From Clostridia bacterium (GTDB taxonomy: Bacteria; Bacillota; Clostridia; Christensenellales; Aristaeellaceae), in contig JAGAHV010000159.1 in NCBI GenBank assembly GCA_017626895.1, positions 36,567 through 100,566 on the forward strand: a DNA stretch of 64,000 nt. The letters are read 5' to 3'. The notes below the pieces were generated by a model that was not told where the DNA came from, searched no databases, and saw nothing but the letters and a program-made list of their open reading frames with translations. The translations under genes were made by a program, and so were the position numbers. This document shows, piece after piece, positions 25,880-35,182 of the stretch; position 1 is the stretch's first letter; every line of letters begins with the position of its first letter.

Positions 25880-27964
25880 TCACTTTTCCGACCCGATGGT
25901 CATCGTGCCGGCATAGTCGTAAACAGCGGAATCCAGGTCGAGCACCAACGCCGGGATGATGGCCGCATCCGCGCAGGTCACCAGAATTCCACGGTTGAAC
26001 ATGCAGCCGTTTTCATCCACGTAAACCACATTGGAATGGGTATATCCGGTGGTGCGGGTGATCCAGAAACCGTTTCCCGCTACAGGCTCCTCCGAGGCGT
26101 TCCAGGCGCCGCTGTGCAGCGCATAATCCGTTGGCGTAAACTGTTTTGCCCGATCATGCACCTCATCCCGGGGGCTGAATCCATGGATCTTTGAACTGTC
26201 ATACATGAAAAGCTCCGATTCAGCGAGAATGAACACCCGGTCCTTCGTTTCCTTTCCGGAATCCATGCCAAAGTAATAGTTGCTTTCGTTTCGTACAGGG
26301 TTTTCAAGGATTGCCGCCTGTTCCTCCGCTGCAAATGCCCGGTCAAGGAAATTATCCGTTTCCGCCGAATAATCTGCTGCGGATTTGTTGGCCTCCGGAC
26401 CATATCCGTTCAGCCAGCTGCGAAGCGTGCAGTTTTCCCAGCTCACATCCTGCTGATCCTTCTGGAACGGCTGGCAGTCAAGGGCCTCATCTGCCAGCAA
26501 AAGTGCGGTCCCGTCCCTGATCTCAAGCACCCGCCACAGGATCGGTTCCCTGATGAAATAGCGGTAGTTTTTGTTTCCCGTCTCCTCCCCAAAACGGCTC
26601 ACGCGAAAATAGCAAACACCGTCCCGTTCCCATTCATCCGCCTCCCACGCAGCCTCTTCCAGTGCCGCATATAGCGCCGGATCCACAATCGGATCCCCGT
26701 CAGCTTCCTCCGCGGTTTTCACAATCTCCGTCTGGGGATAGTGTCCGAAACGGACAAGCGAATACGTTACCCGTTTTCCGTCCGGTTCATCCGGGTCTGC
26801 CTCCACCACCGGATTTCTGATCTGTTTTCTGAGGTTTTCCCCGGATTGTTCCGGCAGAGGCTTTTTGATGATATCCCGGGAGGTGGTCCATCCTGCCGGC
26901 TCTATATCCGCTGTATCCAACCGGATCCAGAGGGCCGGAAGAATCCCGGCATCGTTACAGGTGGCCATGGTGCCGCGCTGGTAGATGTATCCAAAATCAC
27001 AGATGTACGAGACGCTTTCAGGTGTATACCCGTTTGTGCGCATGAACCAGAAGCTGTTTCCTCTGTAATCCTTCACCGGAGACCACCAGGCACCCCTGCA
27101 TTTCGCGTACAGGGTCGAGCAAAAGCGCTTGGCCGGATCATCCTTCCCGCTGGCCGCGTAAAAACCATGTTCTGTCGCGGTTTCCGTTCCGAAAACCTCC
27201 TCATTGGAAAGCAGAAAAATCCGGTCTTCCGTTGTCTCTCCGCAGTCGGTATGATATGCCGCGTTGGCATGATTTACCACCTGCACCGGCAGCACTGATT
27301 CCTGCTGGGAGCGCGTAAACGCCCTGTCCAGGAATCCCTTTCCCTGATAATCAATACCGGCGGCATTTTCCGTTCCCGGCAGACCGTTCAGCCAGCTTCT
27401 GACCGTGGAACTGCCCCAGTTTACCGTACCGTCTTCCGCGTGATAGGGCTGACAGTCCAGCAGCCGGTCCGCCATCAGAAGGGCTCTGTCCGCCTCAATG
27501 TCAATGATCCGCCAGCGGATCGGATCGTAGCGGAAATAATGAAACTCCTCCGTCCCCCAGCGATAATGACCGGCACTGTCCATAGCACTGTTCACCGCAT
27601 CCCGGCGGCTCATCCGCAGATAGCGGATTCCGTCGATCGTCGTTTCATTCTCCGTCCAGGAGGCATTGAGCAGCCGCAGATACAGTTTTGGGTCCACCAA
27701 AACGTCCCCCTCCTGAACGGCATATTCATCCACCGCTGAAAAGTCCGAGGGAACGATTTCCGTCTGAGGATACTCGCCGAAAGTAATGCAGCACCATTTT
27801 GTGACCTGACCGGTCGAAAGACCGGCATCCGCTTGCACAACTGGCTCAGCCAAATGAAGCTCGGCTGGTTTCGCTATCGCTTCCGCATACGCCGCGGCAT
27901 GCAGAACCAACATGAGCAGGCAAAGTCCGAGCACCAGAAAACGGGAAGTTTTATCTTGCCTCAT
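25880..27964 (-). CDS. Secreted protein with two tandem DUF6273-like modules
   Basis: ORF track, 694 aa. The signal peptide is MRQDKTSRFLVLGLCLLMLVLHAAAYA. Two internal repeats each carry FG(E/H)YPQTEIV, (I/L)(R/L)WR(I/V)(I/L), (V/L)RSWLNG, FLDRAF, DR(I/V)F(L/I)L, FW(F/I)(M/T)RT and (L/I)PAL. The same module occurs twice in ORF 48673-50985. Confidence 0.7.
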   Translation of the reverse strand: MRQDKTSRFLVLGLCLLMLVLHAAAYAEAIAKPAELHLAEPVVQADAGLSTGQVTKWCCITFGEYPQTEIVPSDFSAVDEYAVQEGDVLVDPKLYLRLLNASWTENETTIDGIRYLRMSRRDAVNSAMDSAGHYRWGTEEFHYFRYDPIRWRIIDIEADRALLMADRLLDCQPYHAEDGTVNWGSSTVRSWLNGLPGTENAAGIDYQGKGFLDRAFTRSQQESVLPVQVVNHANAAYHTDCGETTEDRIFLLSNEEVFGTETATEHGFYAASGKDDPAKRFCSTLYAKCRGAWWSPVKDYRGNSFWFMRTNGYTPESVSYICDFGYIYQRGTMATCNDAGILPALWIRLDTADIEPAGWTTSRDIIKKPLPEQSGENLRKQIRNPVVEADPDEPDGKRVTYSLVRFGHYPQTEIVKTAEEADGDPIVDPALYAALEEAAWEADEWERDGVCYFRVSRFGEETGNKNYRYFIREPILWRVLEIRDGTALLLADEALDCQPFQKDQQDVSWENCTLRSWLNGYGPEANKSAADYSAETDNFLDRAFAAEEQAAILENPVRNESNYYFGMDSGKETKDRVFILAESELFMYDSSKIHGFSPRDEVHDRAKQFTPTDYALHSGAWNASEEPVAGNGFWITRTTGYTHSNVVYVDENGCMFNRGILVTCADAAIIPALVLDLDSAVYDYAGTMTIGSEK

Positions 27965-28002
27965 AGGTTTCCTCTCAATTCATCATTCACGGGAACAATC
28001 GC

Positions 28003-28046
28003 CCGAAAACAAGGAAGCAGCCCGGGACAATTCCCAGACTGCTTCC
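28003..28046 (-). terminator. Terminator downstream of the M13 peptidase gene
   Basis: GGAAGCAG...CTGCTTCC (28013-28046). On the minus strand it is followed by TTGTTTTC. Confidence 0.6.
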
Positions 28047-28097
28047 TCATGCAGAAACGAGCATTGCCCGAGGGAACTCAGCTGTACGAGATCCTGA

Positions 28098-30143
28098 TCA
28101 CCAGACCAGAACCCGATCCTCAGGATTCAGATACATGCCGTCACCCTCAACAATATCAAAGGTTTCAAGGAATTCATCAAACTGCTGCACCGTAACATTT
28201 GTCCGCAGATAGGACAGCGGATGCGGATCCTGCATCAGCTGGTAATATTCTGTTTCCCTTGTGTTGATTCGTGCCCAGACTTTCGCATAGGACTCAAAGA
28301 ACCGGCGATAATCCACATTCTCCTTTTGGGAAAGCAGGCCGAGCATGCACTTCATTCCCGCCATATCAGCGATTGCCTCTCCCTGAATGTTGGCCCCCTG
28401 AACCTTATATCCGCCAAATGCCGTCATGGAATTATAGTAGTCAATCAGTTTCTGCGCACGGCCAAGAAACGCCGCATAATCCTCTTTCGTCCACCAGTCA
28501 TTCAGGGCACCCGTGGCATCAAACTGCGCACCGCTGGTATCAAAAGCATGAGAGATTTCATGTCCTATCACGCACCCGATTCCGGCATACAATTCCTCTG
28601 TGGTCATATTCTCCCGATAAAACACACCGCCCAGAATCCCGCGGATGATGTTAATCGAGTTTTCCAGCGGCTCATAATAAGCATTGGTCTCCAGAATATC
28701 AAAGTTCCAGAGATCATGGTCCACCTTTGTGTTGAGCAGGCTTGCATTATATGCCTTTTCAAATTTACGGATGGCATTCACACTGTCATAGAATCCCAGT
28801 CCTTTCAGGGACAATCCGCTGTAGTCACGCCATTTTTCCGGATAGACCGCATTAATCCTGATCGCATCCAGCTTTTCAACTGCCTTTTTTCTTGTTTCAT
28901 CAGAAAGCCACTCCTCCGTACTCAGGAGCTCACGGTAATAGGCAATGCTCTCCTCACAGATACGGGTAACTTTCTCTTTCATCTTTGTCGAATCATACTT
29001 GGCAAGGAAAGCCCGGTTCATCGGCGTCGTCAGTGTGCTGCACACGATCGCATAGGCCGTTTCCTCATCCGGCCGTGAACCGGTGCTGCCGCTACGCATG
29101 TTGTTGGCTTCAGTCAACAGATCATAACATTCTTTGTCCAGCGTGCCCAAATGGTCCAGAGCCGCACAGGTAATCAGGTAGTTTTTAAACTTTTCCAGAT
29201 GGTCCTCCGTGTAGATCTCGTCGAGTTTCTGCACATACGCCGGTTCACTCACAAGGCAGCGCTTTGCATGTCCATATCCCTGGGCACTGACAATGTCAAA
29301 AATCGGATAGTTCCTGCAGAGTGCCCACGCCTCCTCCGCATTCATCTCATTATTGGTGCGCTTATCGTGATCCGGCGAAAGATGGTCAGCAGATGTCATG
29401 ATGGCACCGGCCAGTTCTGTCTCAAGTGCCAGGGCACTTTCCCAGATTTTCCCTGCTTCCTCCACGGTAACCCCCAGTTTCGGCATTACCTTTTCCAGCA
29501 GTTTCCGATAGGCGGCCTCATTTCGTTCACCCATCTCTGTACGGGTCTTATACTCCGCGGAATCCGCCAGCAACAGGCCCAGCGGGTCTATACTGAGCAG
29601 ATACGTCTCGGGATCATTCTTGCCAACCGTTGCCTCAACAGAAATGAATTGTTTCACAATTGAGTCTGTGTCGCAAAACAGGGCTGTCAGCTCATCCATA
29701 TTGGAAACCGCCTGAATGGACTCGATTGCCTTCCTGATTGGTTCGACACCAAGGGCATTTCGGGCATCCCAGTCAAGAATTGCCTCGTACATTCCCTGTA
29801 CAAGCTCTACGTCTTCACCCTGCAGCGTCTTATCTGTCAGCACGTCCATGCCCATTTTACGGATCTCATCCGAAACAGCCATGAAGGACGATTCAGTTCC
29901 GTATCCGGGACGAATCTTCACTGCTTTCGCCCAGTCATAGTTGACATACAGCTGCAGATCATCTATCGGATTTGCCGGTCTCTCTGTTACTTTGGCCACA
30001 TTTTCACTCAGATCATAGTCTACCCATGGACTTCCGTCGTCCAGTTTTCCCTCTGCGGCTACCACAGCAGTCAGCATTGTGAGTAATGCTGCCAGCAGCA
30101 GTACGCCTGCCCTTTCCCATTTATCCATGCGATGTGTTCTCAT
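28098..30143 (-). CDS. pepO: M13-family zinc metallopeptidase (PepO / neprilysin-like) with an N-terminal membrane anchor or signal
   Basis: ORF track, 681 aa. HExxH in GCVIGHEISHAFD; also NAYYEPLENSI and GEAIADMAG. The N-terminal hydrophobic segment is AGVLLLAALLTMLTAVVAA. RBS AGGAGG. Confidence 0.9.
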   Translation of the reverse strand: MRTHRMDKWERAGVLLLAALLTMLTAVVAAEGKLDDGSPWVDYDLSENVAKVTERPANPIDDLQLYVNYDWAKAVKIRPGYGTESSFMAVSDEIRKMGMDVLTDKTLQGEDVELVQGMYEAILDWDARNALGVEPIRKAIESIQAVSNMDELTALFCDTDSIVKQFISVEATVGKNDPETYLLSIDPLGLLLADSAEYKTRTEMGERNEAAYRKLLEKVMPKLGVTVEEAGKIWESALALETELAGAIMTSADHLSPDHDKRTNNEMNAEEAWALCRNYPIFDIVSAQGYGHAKRCLVSEPAYVQKLDEIYTEDHLEKFKNYLITCAALDHLGTLDKECYDLLTEANNMRSGSTGSRPDEETAYAIVCSTLTTPMNRAFLAKYDSTKMKEKVTRICEESIAYYRELLSTEEWLSDETRKKAVEKLDAIRINAVYPEKWRDYSGLSLKGLGFYDSVNAIRKFEKAYNASLLNTKVDHDLWNFDILETNAYYEPLENSINIIRGILGGVFYRENMTTEELYAGIGCVIGHEISHAFDTSGAQFDATGALNDWWTKEDYAAFLGRAQKLIDYYNSMTAFGGYKVQGANIQGEAIADMAGMKCMLGLLSQKENVDYRRFFESYAKVWARINTRETEYYQLMQDPHPLSYLRTNVTVQQFDEFLETFDIVEGDGMYLNPEDRVLVW

Positions 30144-30324
30144 ACATACCTCCTGAAAACGGTTTTATTGTCGATCAAATTATACCAAGTACCATCCGAT
30201 TCAGCAAGTAAAGAAACAACGCTCATAGCCTGCTCCAGGGATCATCCGCGTTCATCCCCGGCAGAATCGAAATCCGGCACTGACCGGCTGCCGATTTGGT
30301 CCCTGAACTTCTTCACAGACGATA

Positions 30325-30366
30325 AACCCCGACTGCGGATTTCCTCGGTCTGGCAGTCGGGGTTTT
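30325..30366. terminator. 12-bp-stem hairpin downstream of the TetR/methyltransferase/ATC-hydrolase operon
   Basis: AACCCCGACTGC...GCAGTCGGGGTT, flanked by an A-rich left side and a T-rich right side. It lies 8 nt from the stop at 30374. Confidence 0.65.
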
Positions 30367-30373
30367 GTCTATC

Positions 30374-31006
30374 CTATTCATTTTCTCCGGTGTCTCTCCG
30401 ATATCGAAAATCGCATCGGTCATGGCCTGTACACAGTGTCCCGTGACGCTTAAACCGGAGGCCCGGCAGATCAGCACTCTCTACCTCATCAAAATGACAG
30501 AAAATCGGTCCGAGCTCCGGACACCCGTTGACAGCAAAAAGGCGATGATACGGGCATTCTGTCACATCAAACCCAAAGCCATTTTTTCCGCAGTCCACCG
30601 GTCTGACGGCAAAGCCTTTTCCATTTCCCATCGCCATAACCCTTGGAGCAAGTGCACGCACCGCCCGAAATGCACCGGGGAAAGCCATCACGCGGCGCAT
30701 CATTTTATTTGCTTTCCTGCCAGCCTCAACAAGACACCTGTCCATTTCAGCAAGGAGTTTCCTCTGACCGCCCGGTGTTTCCGTCCTGTACAGGGCAATC
30801 GCCGTGTATAAATCGCTCATCAGGTAATGCATCAGGAAGTAGGCCGGCCCAGCCGACAGATTGGCACGCTGCCCGGGATTCTCCTCAATCAGGCGCCTGA
30901 CAGACTCATCAATTCGCTTCAGCCGGTCACCAGGCAATGTGCGCAGAATCGGAGTAAAATCATTATGCCTGAGCATATCACGGGAAATAAACCGCCGGCC
31001 CATCAC
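30374..31006 (-). CDS. ATC-hydrolase-family protein (L-2-amino-thiazoline-4-carboxylic acid hydrolase-like, PF14196 type)
   Basis: ORF track, 210 aa. The Cys-rich C-terminus is FDVTECPYHRLFAVNGCPELGPIFCHFDE...GTLCTGHDRCDFRY. Its start overlaps the upstream stop, indicating an operon. Confidence 0.75.
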   Translation of the reverse strand: MMGRRFISRDMLRHNDFTPILRTLPGDRLKRIDESVRRLIEENPGQRANLSAGPAYFLMHYLMSDLYTAIALYRTETPGGQRKLLAEMDRCLVEAGRKANKMMRRVMAFPGAFRAVRALAPRVMAMGNGKGFAVRPVDCGKNGFGFDVTECPYHRLFAVNGCPELGPIFCHFDEVESADLPGLRFKRHGTLCTGHDRCDFRYRRDTGENE

Positions 31007-31731
31007 TTTTTAAAATCGATCACATCGAGCTGTGACATGCCTGTTTTATCTGCCAAAGGTGCCATCAGCCTGTACAGGATTCCGAAGCGCCGGTCCGGTT
31101 TGATATACCCCGTTGACATTTTCTTCCACTGTACACGGGCAAAGCGATCACTCCAGCTTTTCAGTTCTTCCTCCGGTTTGTCCAGCGCAATATTCGTGCT
31201 GATGTCAATTCCGGAAGCCTTGAGCGCTTTCAGGTCCACATCCTTCCCTTTCTGATTCTGACCGTCAAAAGCAATCCGCCCGCCGGGAAACTGCTCAGCC
31301 ATTGCCACAAACAACCGCCTGACGTCCTCCTTTTTGAAATAAAGGAACACCCCGGAAGCGATAAACACCACTCCCTCTTCCGGACGGAACCCGATCTGTT
31401 CGAACCAGGAATAGTCATTCAGATCGGAGGCAATGTTCTTCTCCCTCTCCGTTGAGGGAATCAGCTGCTCCCTGAGCTCAATCACATTCGGGAAATCAAC
31501 GTTTGCAAACCGGCAGGTACCATTGTCCGCCTGATGCCCCGCGGTATCAAGGCCGCATCCCAGATTGACCACCAGCGCTTTCGGATGATCCTTCAGATAA
31601 TCCCGGATCTCCCATACCAGCGCTGCCTGACGGGTCGCAGCCGCCAGCGAGGCAATCTTCCCTTTAACTCCACCGGCCGCTTTTTCAAGGGGAGAGAAAT
31701 CGTAGTCCACCCGATCCATAATCTGCTGCAC
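31003..31731 (-). CDS. Class I SAM-dependent methyltransferase (LCM / TcmP-like O-methyltransferase family)
   Basis: ORF track, 242 aa. The SAM motif is VVNLGCGLDT; FIASGVFLYFKKEDVRRLF is also present. Confidence 0.75.
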   Translation of the reverse strand: MQQIMDRVDYDFSPLEKAAGGVKGKIASLAAATRQAALVWEIRDYLKDHPKALVVNLGCGLDTAGHQADNGTCRFANVDFPNVIELREQLIPSTEREKNIASDLNDYSWFEQIGFRPEEGVVFIASGVFLYFKKEDVRRLFVAMAEQFPGGRIAFDGQNQKGKDVDLKALKASGIDISTNIALDKPEEELKSWSDRFARVQWKKMSTGYIKPDRRFGILYRLMAPLADKTGMSQLDVIDFKK

Positions 31732-31841
31732 GTCCTGGTCCTTGAAGATATCCGGATAATTTCTGACCGCTCAGGCTTTCCCAAAAAGAGGGAGCACCAG
31801 TGTTTCCTGAACGCTGTTTTTCTCTATTCTGATTTTTTGAC

Positions 31842-32465
31842 TCATGGCAATGAATTTCTTTCCTTTGCAGGGTCCTCCAGCAAAACATGTACGATTCCGT
31901 CCGTAAAAACAGACTGAATGTCTTTCATCGTTTTCAGGATCTCCTCCCGGCTATCCCCTAACAGAACCGCCTGTCCGAGTAAGGAAAAGTAACTCTGAAC
32001 CAGCAGCTTCTGTGCAAGCGGTGTCAGCGGCAGCTCATGCCTTCCTGTCGCTTTCGCCATAAAGAGAAGATCCTTCTCCATCATTTCTGACAGAAAGTTC
32101 TCATACCGCGTCCCTTCCGCACATTCCAGAAGCAGGCGCGCTTCATCCTTGTTCTTAAGAAGAAAGTCCACAAGCCGCGACATTCCTTCAGAGAACACCT
32201 CACTGATTTCCGCAAGCTTCAGATCATCCGGGATGGCATTCAGTGTTGCTGCCATCTCCGACAGACACGAGAGAATCCCCTGTGCCGTCCGTTCCACCAG
32301 TGCATGGAACAGTTCTTCCTTCGTGCTGTAGTATCCATAGAATGCACCCAGCGTAAAACCGGCATCTGCGACAATCCTGCGAAGGGATGCCCGCTGAAAC
32401 CCGTTTGCCAGAAAATGCTTCTTCGCACTCTCATGGATTTTCTGCAGCGTATCCGTATTTTCCAT
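31842..32465 (-). CDS. TetR/AcrR-family transcriptional regulator
   Basis: ORF 31842-32573. I prefer the ATG at 32465 (MENTDTLQKIHESAKKHFLANGFQRASLRRIVADAGFTLGAFYGYYSTKEELF) after GGAGGCGGG. Confidence 0.9.
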   Translation of the reverse strand: MENTDTLQKIHESAKKHFLANGFQRASLRRIVADAGFTLGAFYGYYSTKEELFHALVERTAQGILSCLSEMAATLNAIPDDLKLAEISEVFSEGMSRLVDFLLKNKDEARLLLECAEGTRYENFLSEMMEKDLLFMAKATGRHELPLTPLAQKLLVQSYFSLLGQAVLLGDSREEILKTMKDIQSVFTDGIVHVLLEDPAKERNSLP

Positions 32466-32476
32466 ATCCCGCCTCC

Positions 32477-32493
32477 ATATATCAGTGATATAT
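32477..32493. promoter_or_regulatory. Perfect 17-bp palindrome, candidate TetR operator
   Basis: ATATATCA-G-TGATATAT lies 12 nt upstream of the tetR start codon and overlaps -10-like TATAT sequences. Confidence 0.55.
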
Positions 32494-32872
32494 AGCACTG
32501 CTACAGTGTATTCAGCTGCCTTATTTCTGTCAAGATACCCTCCTCGTTTTTCCGTCATGGCCCCTCCAGGCACTGGCTAATAGTTAAAACTTCGGAGGGT
32601 TACAATCCGTTTCATTCAAACAGTCTCATTTTGCCTCTTGCACATTGCAGGCATTTTCAGTATATTAGGATCACCTGGTTTGCAAAGAATGCCGGGCCGG
32701 ACCCCAAGCCTCCCTGAATGCATTTCTTTTCTTTCCAGAAACGCAAAAAACGCCGGACCTGACAGGAATATTTCCTGCCAAATCCGACGGTGTTTTATCC
32801 AAATGTCTCTTCCCGACAGATATTTGAATGATCCGGGACTCACCAACATACGAATTATACGGAGGTGTCATA

Positions 32873-33661
32873 ATGAAAATACTTTCCCTAATGGTAATCT
32901 GTCTCATGATCATGCTCTCCGGCATTCTGCCCACCGGTTACGCTGAAAGTCAGCCTGTCTCCGAACACGCTGTTTTCGGTATCATCGGCGCAATGGATGA
33001 AGAGGTAGCGACTCTCAAGGCTACGCTTGAAAACCCGGAGATTACATCCATTGCAGGAATGGAATTCTGCAAAGGAAAGCTGGATGGTGCAGATGTCGTC
33101 GTCGTGCAGTGTGGTGTCGGCAAAGTCAATGCAGGGATCTGCGCAAATACACTGATAAACGAATTCGGCTGTACAAAGATCATCAACACAGGTGTTGCCG
33201 GATCCCTGGATGCGCGGATTAATATTCTGGATATTGTGGTTTCAACGGATGCCGTTCAGCATGACTTTACAGTCGAAGTCCTTGGTTTTGCCAAGGGAGA
33301 GATCCCCTATACAGGGATGTATGCGTTTCCGGCAGATGAGACAATGCGAAAAGCGGCCGTGGAGGCTGTTCATGCCACAGCACCTGATGCACAGGTTTTT
33401 GAGGGAAGGGTCTGCTCGGGCGATCAGTTTATTGCTTCACACGAGCAAAAGGAAAAAATCATCAACGATTTCAATGGGATGTGCTGTGAGATGGAAGGCG
33501 GTGCAATTGCCCAGGTTTGTTATCTGAACAACACGCCTTTTGTCATAGTCCGTGCAATCTCGGATAAAGCAGACGATTCCGAAGAAATGAATTATGAGCT
33601 GTTCGTGGAAAAAGCTTCTGTGCGCTGTGCTGAAATTGTACGGTATATGGTCACTCATTAG
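32873..33661 (+). CDS. mtnN: 5'-methylthioadenosine/S-adenosylhomocysteine nucleosidase with an N-terminal signal peptide
   Basis: ORF 32828-33661. The ATG at 32873 follows GGAGGTG. MKILSLMVICLMIMLSGILPTGYA-ESQPVSEH precedes the canonical MTAN start FGIIGAMDEEV, with VVVQCGVGKVNA and EMEGGAIAQV further on. Confidence 0.85.
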   Translation: MKILSLMVICLMIMLSGILPTGYAESQPVSEHAVFGIIGAMDEEVATLKATLENPEITSIAGMEFCKGKLDGADVVVVQCGVGKVNAGICANTLINEFGCTKIINTGVAGSLDARINILDIVVSTDAVQHDFTVEVLGFAKGEIPYTGMYAFPADETMRKAAVEAVHATAPDAQVFEGRVCSGDQFIASHEQKEKIINDFNGMCCEMEGGAIAQVCYLNNTPFVIVRAISDKADDSEEMNYELFVEKASVRCAEIVRYMVTH

Positions 33662-33896
33662 TTTCTGCGAAAACGGAAAGAATTATCCTCCCTGATGTTG
33701 TTTTCCATTCAAACAAGAAACTCCTCATGGATAATCCCCCACCATACAATCAATTTGAATCGCAAATGTCTCAAAAGCCGTTTCCGCATTGTTTTCAAAA
33801 AAGTCGAAACCAATCATTGAGATCTCAAGCCCTGATGAGTTTTTTGGCGAATGGTTTATGTGTATAATGCACAAAATCATTCGCCGACTTTTGTTA

Positions 33897-33925
33897 TTGA
33901 CAAAAAAACGCCACCGACATATAAT
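33897..33925 (+). promoter_or_regulatory. Consensus sigma-A promoter for the tRNA-Ser pair
   Basis: TTGACA (33897-33902), a 17-nt spacer, then TATAAT (33920-33925), 26 nt upstream of the first tRNA. Confidence 0.7.
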
Positions 33926-33951
33926 ACACAAGACCGCTAGGTCATAGCTTT

Positions 33952-34040
33952 GGAGAGATGGCCGAGGGGTTTAAGGCGCTGGTCTTGAAAACCAGTGATA
34001 CCGCAAGGTACCGGGGGTTCGAATCCCTCTCTCTCCGCCA
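33952..34040 (+). tRNA. tRNA-Ser (anticodon TGA)
   Basis: The acceptor stem is GGAGAGA/TCTCTCC. The anticodon stem-loop is CTGGT-CTTGAAA-ACCAG. It has a long variable arm, the T-loop GGTTCGAATCC and an encoded CCA. Confidence 0.9.
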
Positions 34041-34063
34041 ATTTCATATTTCACTGGCCATAC

Positions 34064-34152
34064 GCGGAAGTACCCAAGTGGCCAAAGGGGCTCCCCTGCT
34101 AAGGGAGTAGCACTCGTGAAGGGTGGCGTGGGTTCAAATCCCACCTTCCGCG
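34064..34152 (+). tRNA. tRNA-Ser (anticodon GCT)
   Basis: The acceptor stem is GCGGAAG/CTTCCGC. The anticodon stem-loop is CTCCC-CTGCTAA-GGGAG. It has a long variable arm and the T-loop GGTTCAAATCC. CCA is not encoded. Confidence 0.9.
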
Positions 34153-34157
34153 CTTTT

Positions 34158-34204
34158 AAAGGGTTGTAGATAAACCGAAAGGTTCAGCTACAGCCCTTTT
34201 TTTT
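34158..34204 (+). terminator. Terminator after the tRNA pair
   Basis: AAAGGGTTGTAG...CTACAGCCCTTT followed by a T-run (TTTTTTTT). Confidence 0.75.
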
Positions 34205-34303
34205 GCGTTTGAAGGAAAATGATATCCAGGATCGTAATCAAAAAAGCGCCCGGTGACGGACGCTTGAATGCACTCAGATGACGTTTCAGGAATCTCCCCT
34301 TTG

Positions 34304-35182
34304 TCATTTGGCAAAACCCTCTCCAAGGGCTTCGCGGACATCACAGACGGTCACAAATGCATTGGGGTCTTCCTCGGAGATGATCTTTTTCAGTCTCGGC
34401 ATTTCAAGGCGTGAACATACGCACATGAGGGCACCAACCGGATTTCCTGAATAGGTTCCCGTGGCCATAAACGCCGTGCAGCCGCGGCCAAGATCCCGGT
34501 GAATGCGCTCTACAATATCCTCCTGCCGGCTCGTGATAATCATCAGCTGAACGGCGGTATTGAATCCCTGCACGACCATGTCCATGGCCTTTGAGGAGAC
34601 AAAGCAGGCAATCAGTGCATAGCAGCCCGCCTGAAAGCCAAACTGGCGAATGGCAAGGAGGATAACCAGCGAGTCGATGGCCAGCAGAATCGCCGCAATG
34701 GAAAAGGCCGGAAAACGGTCATGCAAAAGCTTTGCCGCCATATCCGTTCCGCCGGTCGTCGCCCCTGCCCGGACAACCATTCCGAGACCTATGCCCATCA
34801 GCAGGCCGCCAAAGACAGAGGCAAGAAGACCGTCCCCCGTCAGATCCGTATGTGGGAGCAGGTCAATGAACAGAGACAGGAGCATCATGGCCACAAAGGA
34901 ACGAAGGACGAACCGCCATCCCGAATGGTGCCCGCCCAGGATGAACAGAGGCAGGTTGATGAGAAAGCTGATAAACCCGACGCCAAGCGGAAGATAGGCC
35001 GCGGCAACCGTAGCAACGCCCGTGACGCCGCCCGGGGCGATGTCATGCGGGAGAAAGAACATGGCAAATGACACGCCGGTGATCAGCGTCCCCAGCAGGA
35101 CATGCAGATATTCTGTGATCAGTTTCCGTCCTTCCTTTTTCCAGTCGATTCCGCCCGCCTGTTTCATACGCACTTCATTCAA
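34304..35182 (-). CDS. YitT-family membrane protein (DUF161 repeats + DUF2179)
   Basis: ORF track, 292 aa (GTLITGVSFAMFFLPHDIAPGGVTGVATV...). The C-terminal soluble domain ends VCDVREALGEGF. Confidence 0.85.
   Translation of the reverse strand: MNEVRMKQAGGIDWKKEGRKLITEYLHVLLGTLITGVSFAMFFLPHDIAPGGVTGVATVAAAYLPLGVGFISFLINLPLFILGGHHSGWRFVLRSFVAMMLLSLFIDLLPHTDLTGDGLLASVFGGLLMGIGLGMVVRAGATTGGTDMAAKLLHDRFPAFSIAAILLAIDSLVILLAIRQFGFQAGCYALIACFVSSKAMDMVVQGFNTAVQLMIITSRQEDIVERIHRDLGRGCTAFMATGTYSGNPVGALMCVCSRLEMPRLKKIISEEDPNAFVTVCDVREALGEGFAK

Noticed and set aside
33662-33951. A 68-aa minus-strand ORF (33725-33931) and the region upstream of the tRNA genes, considered as a small gene or integration hotspot
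   Set aside because: The ORF overlaps the consensus tRNA promoter, has no RBS and has no similarity that I recognise. There is no att-like duplication of the tRNA 3' ends or integrase downstream. The tRNA pair is followed directly by a terminator and an ordinary gene.
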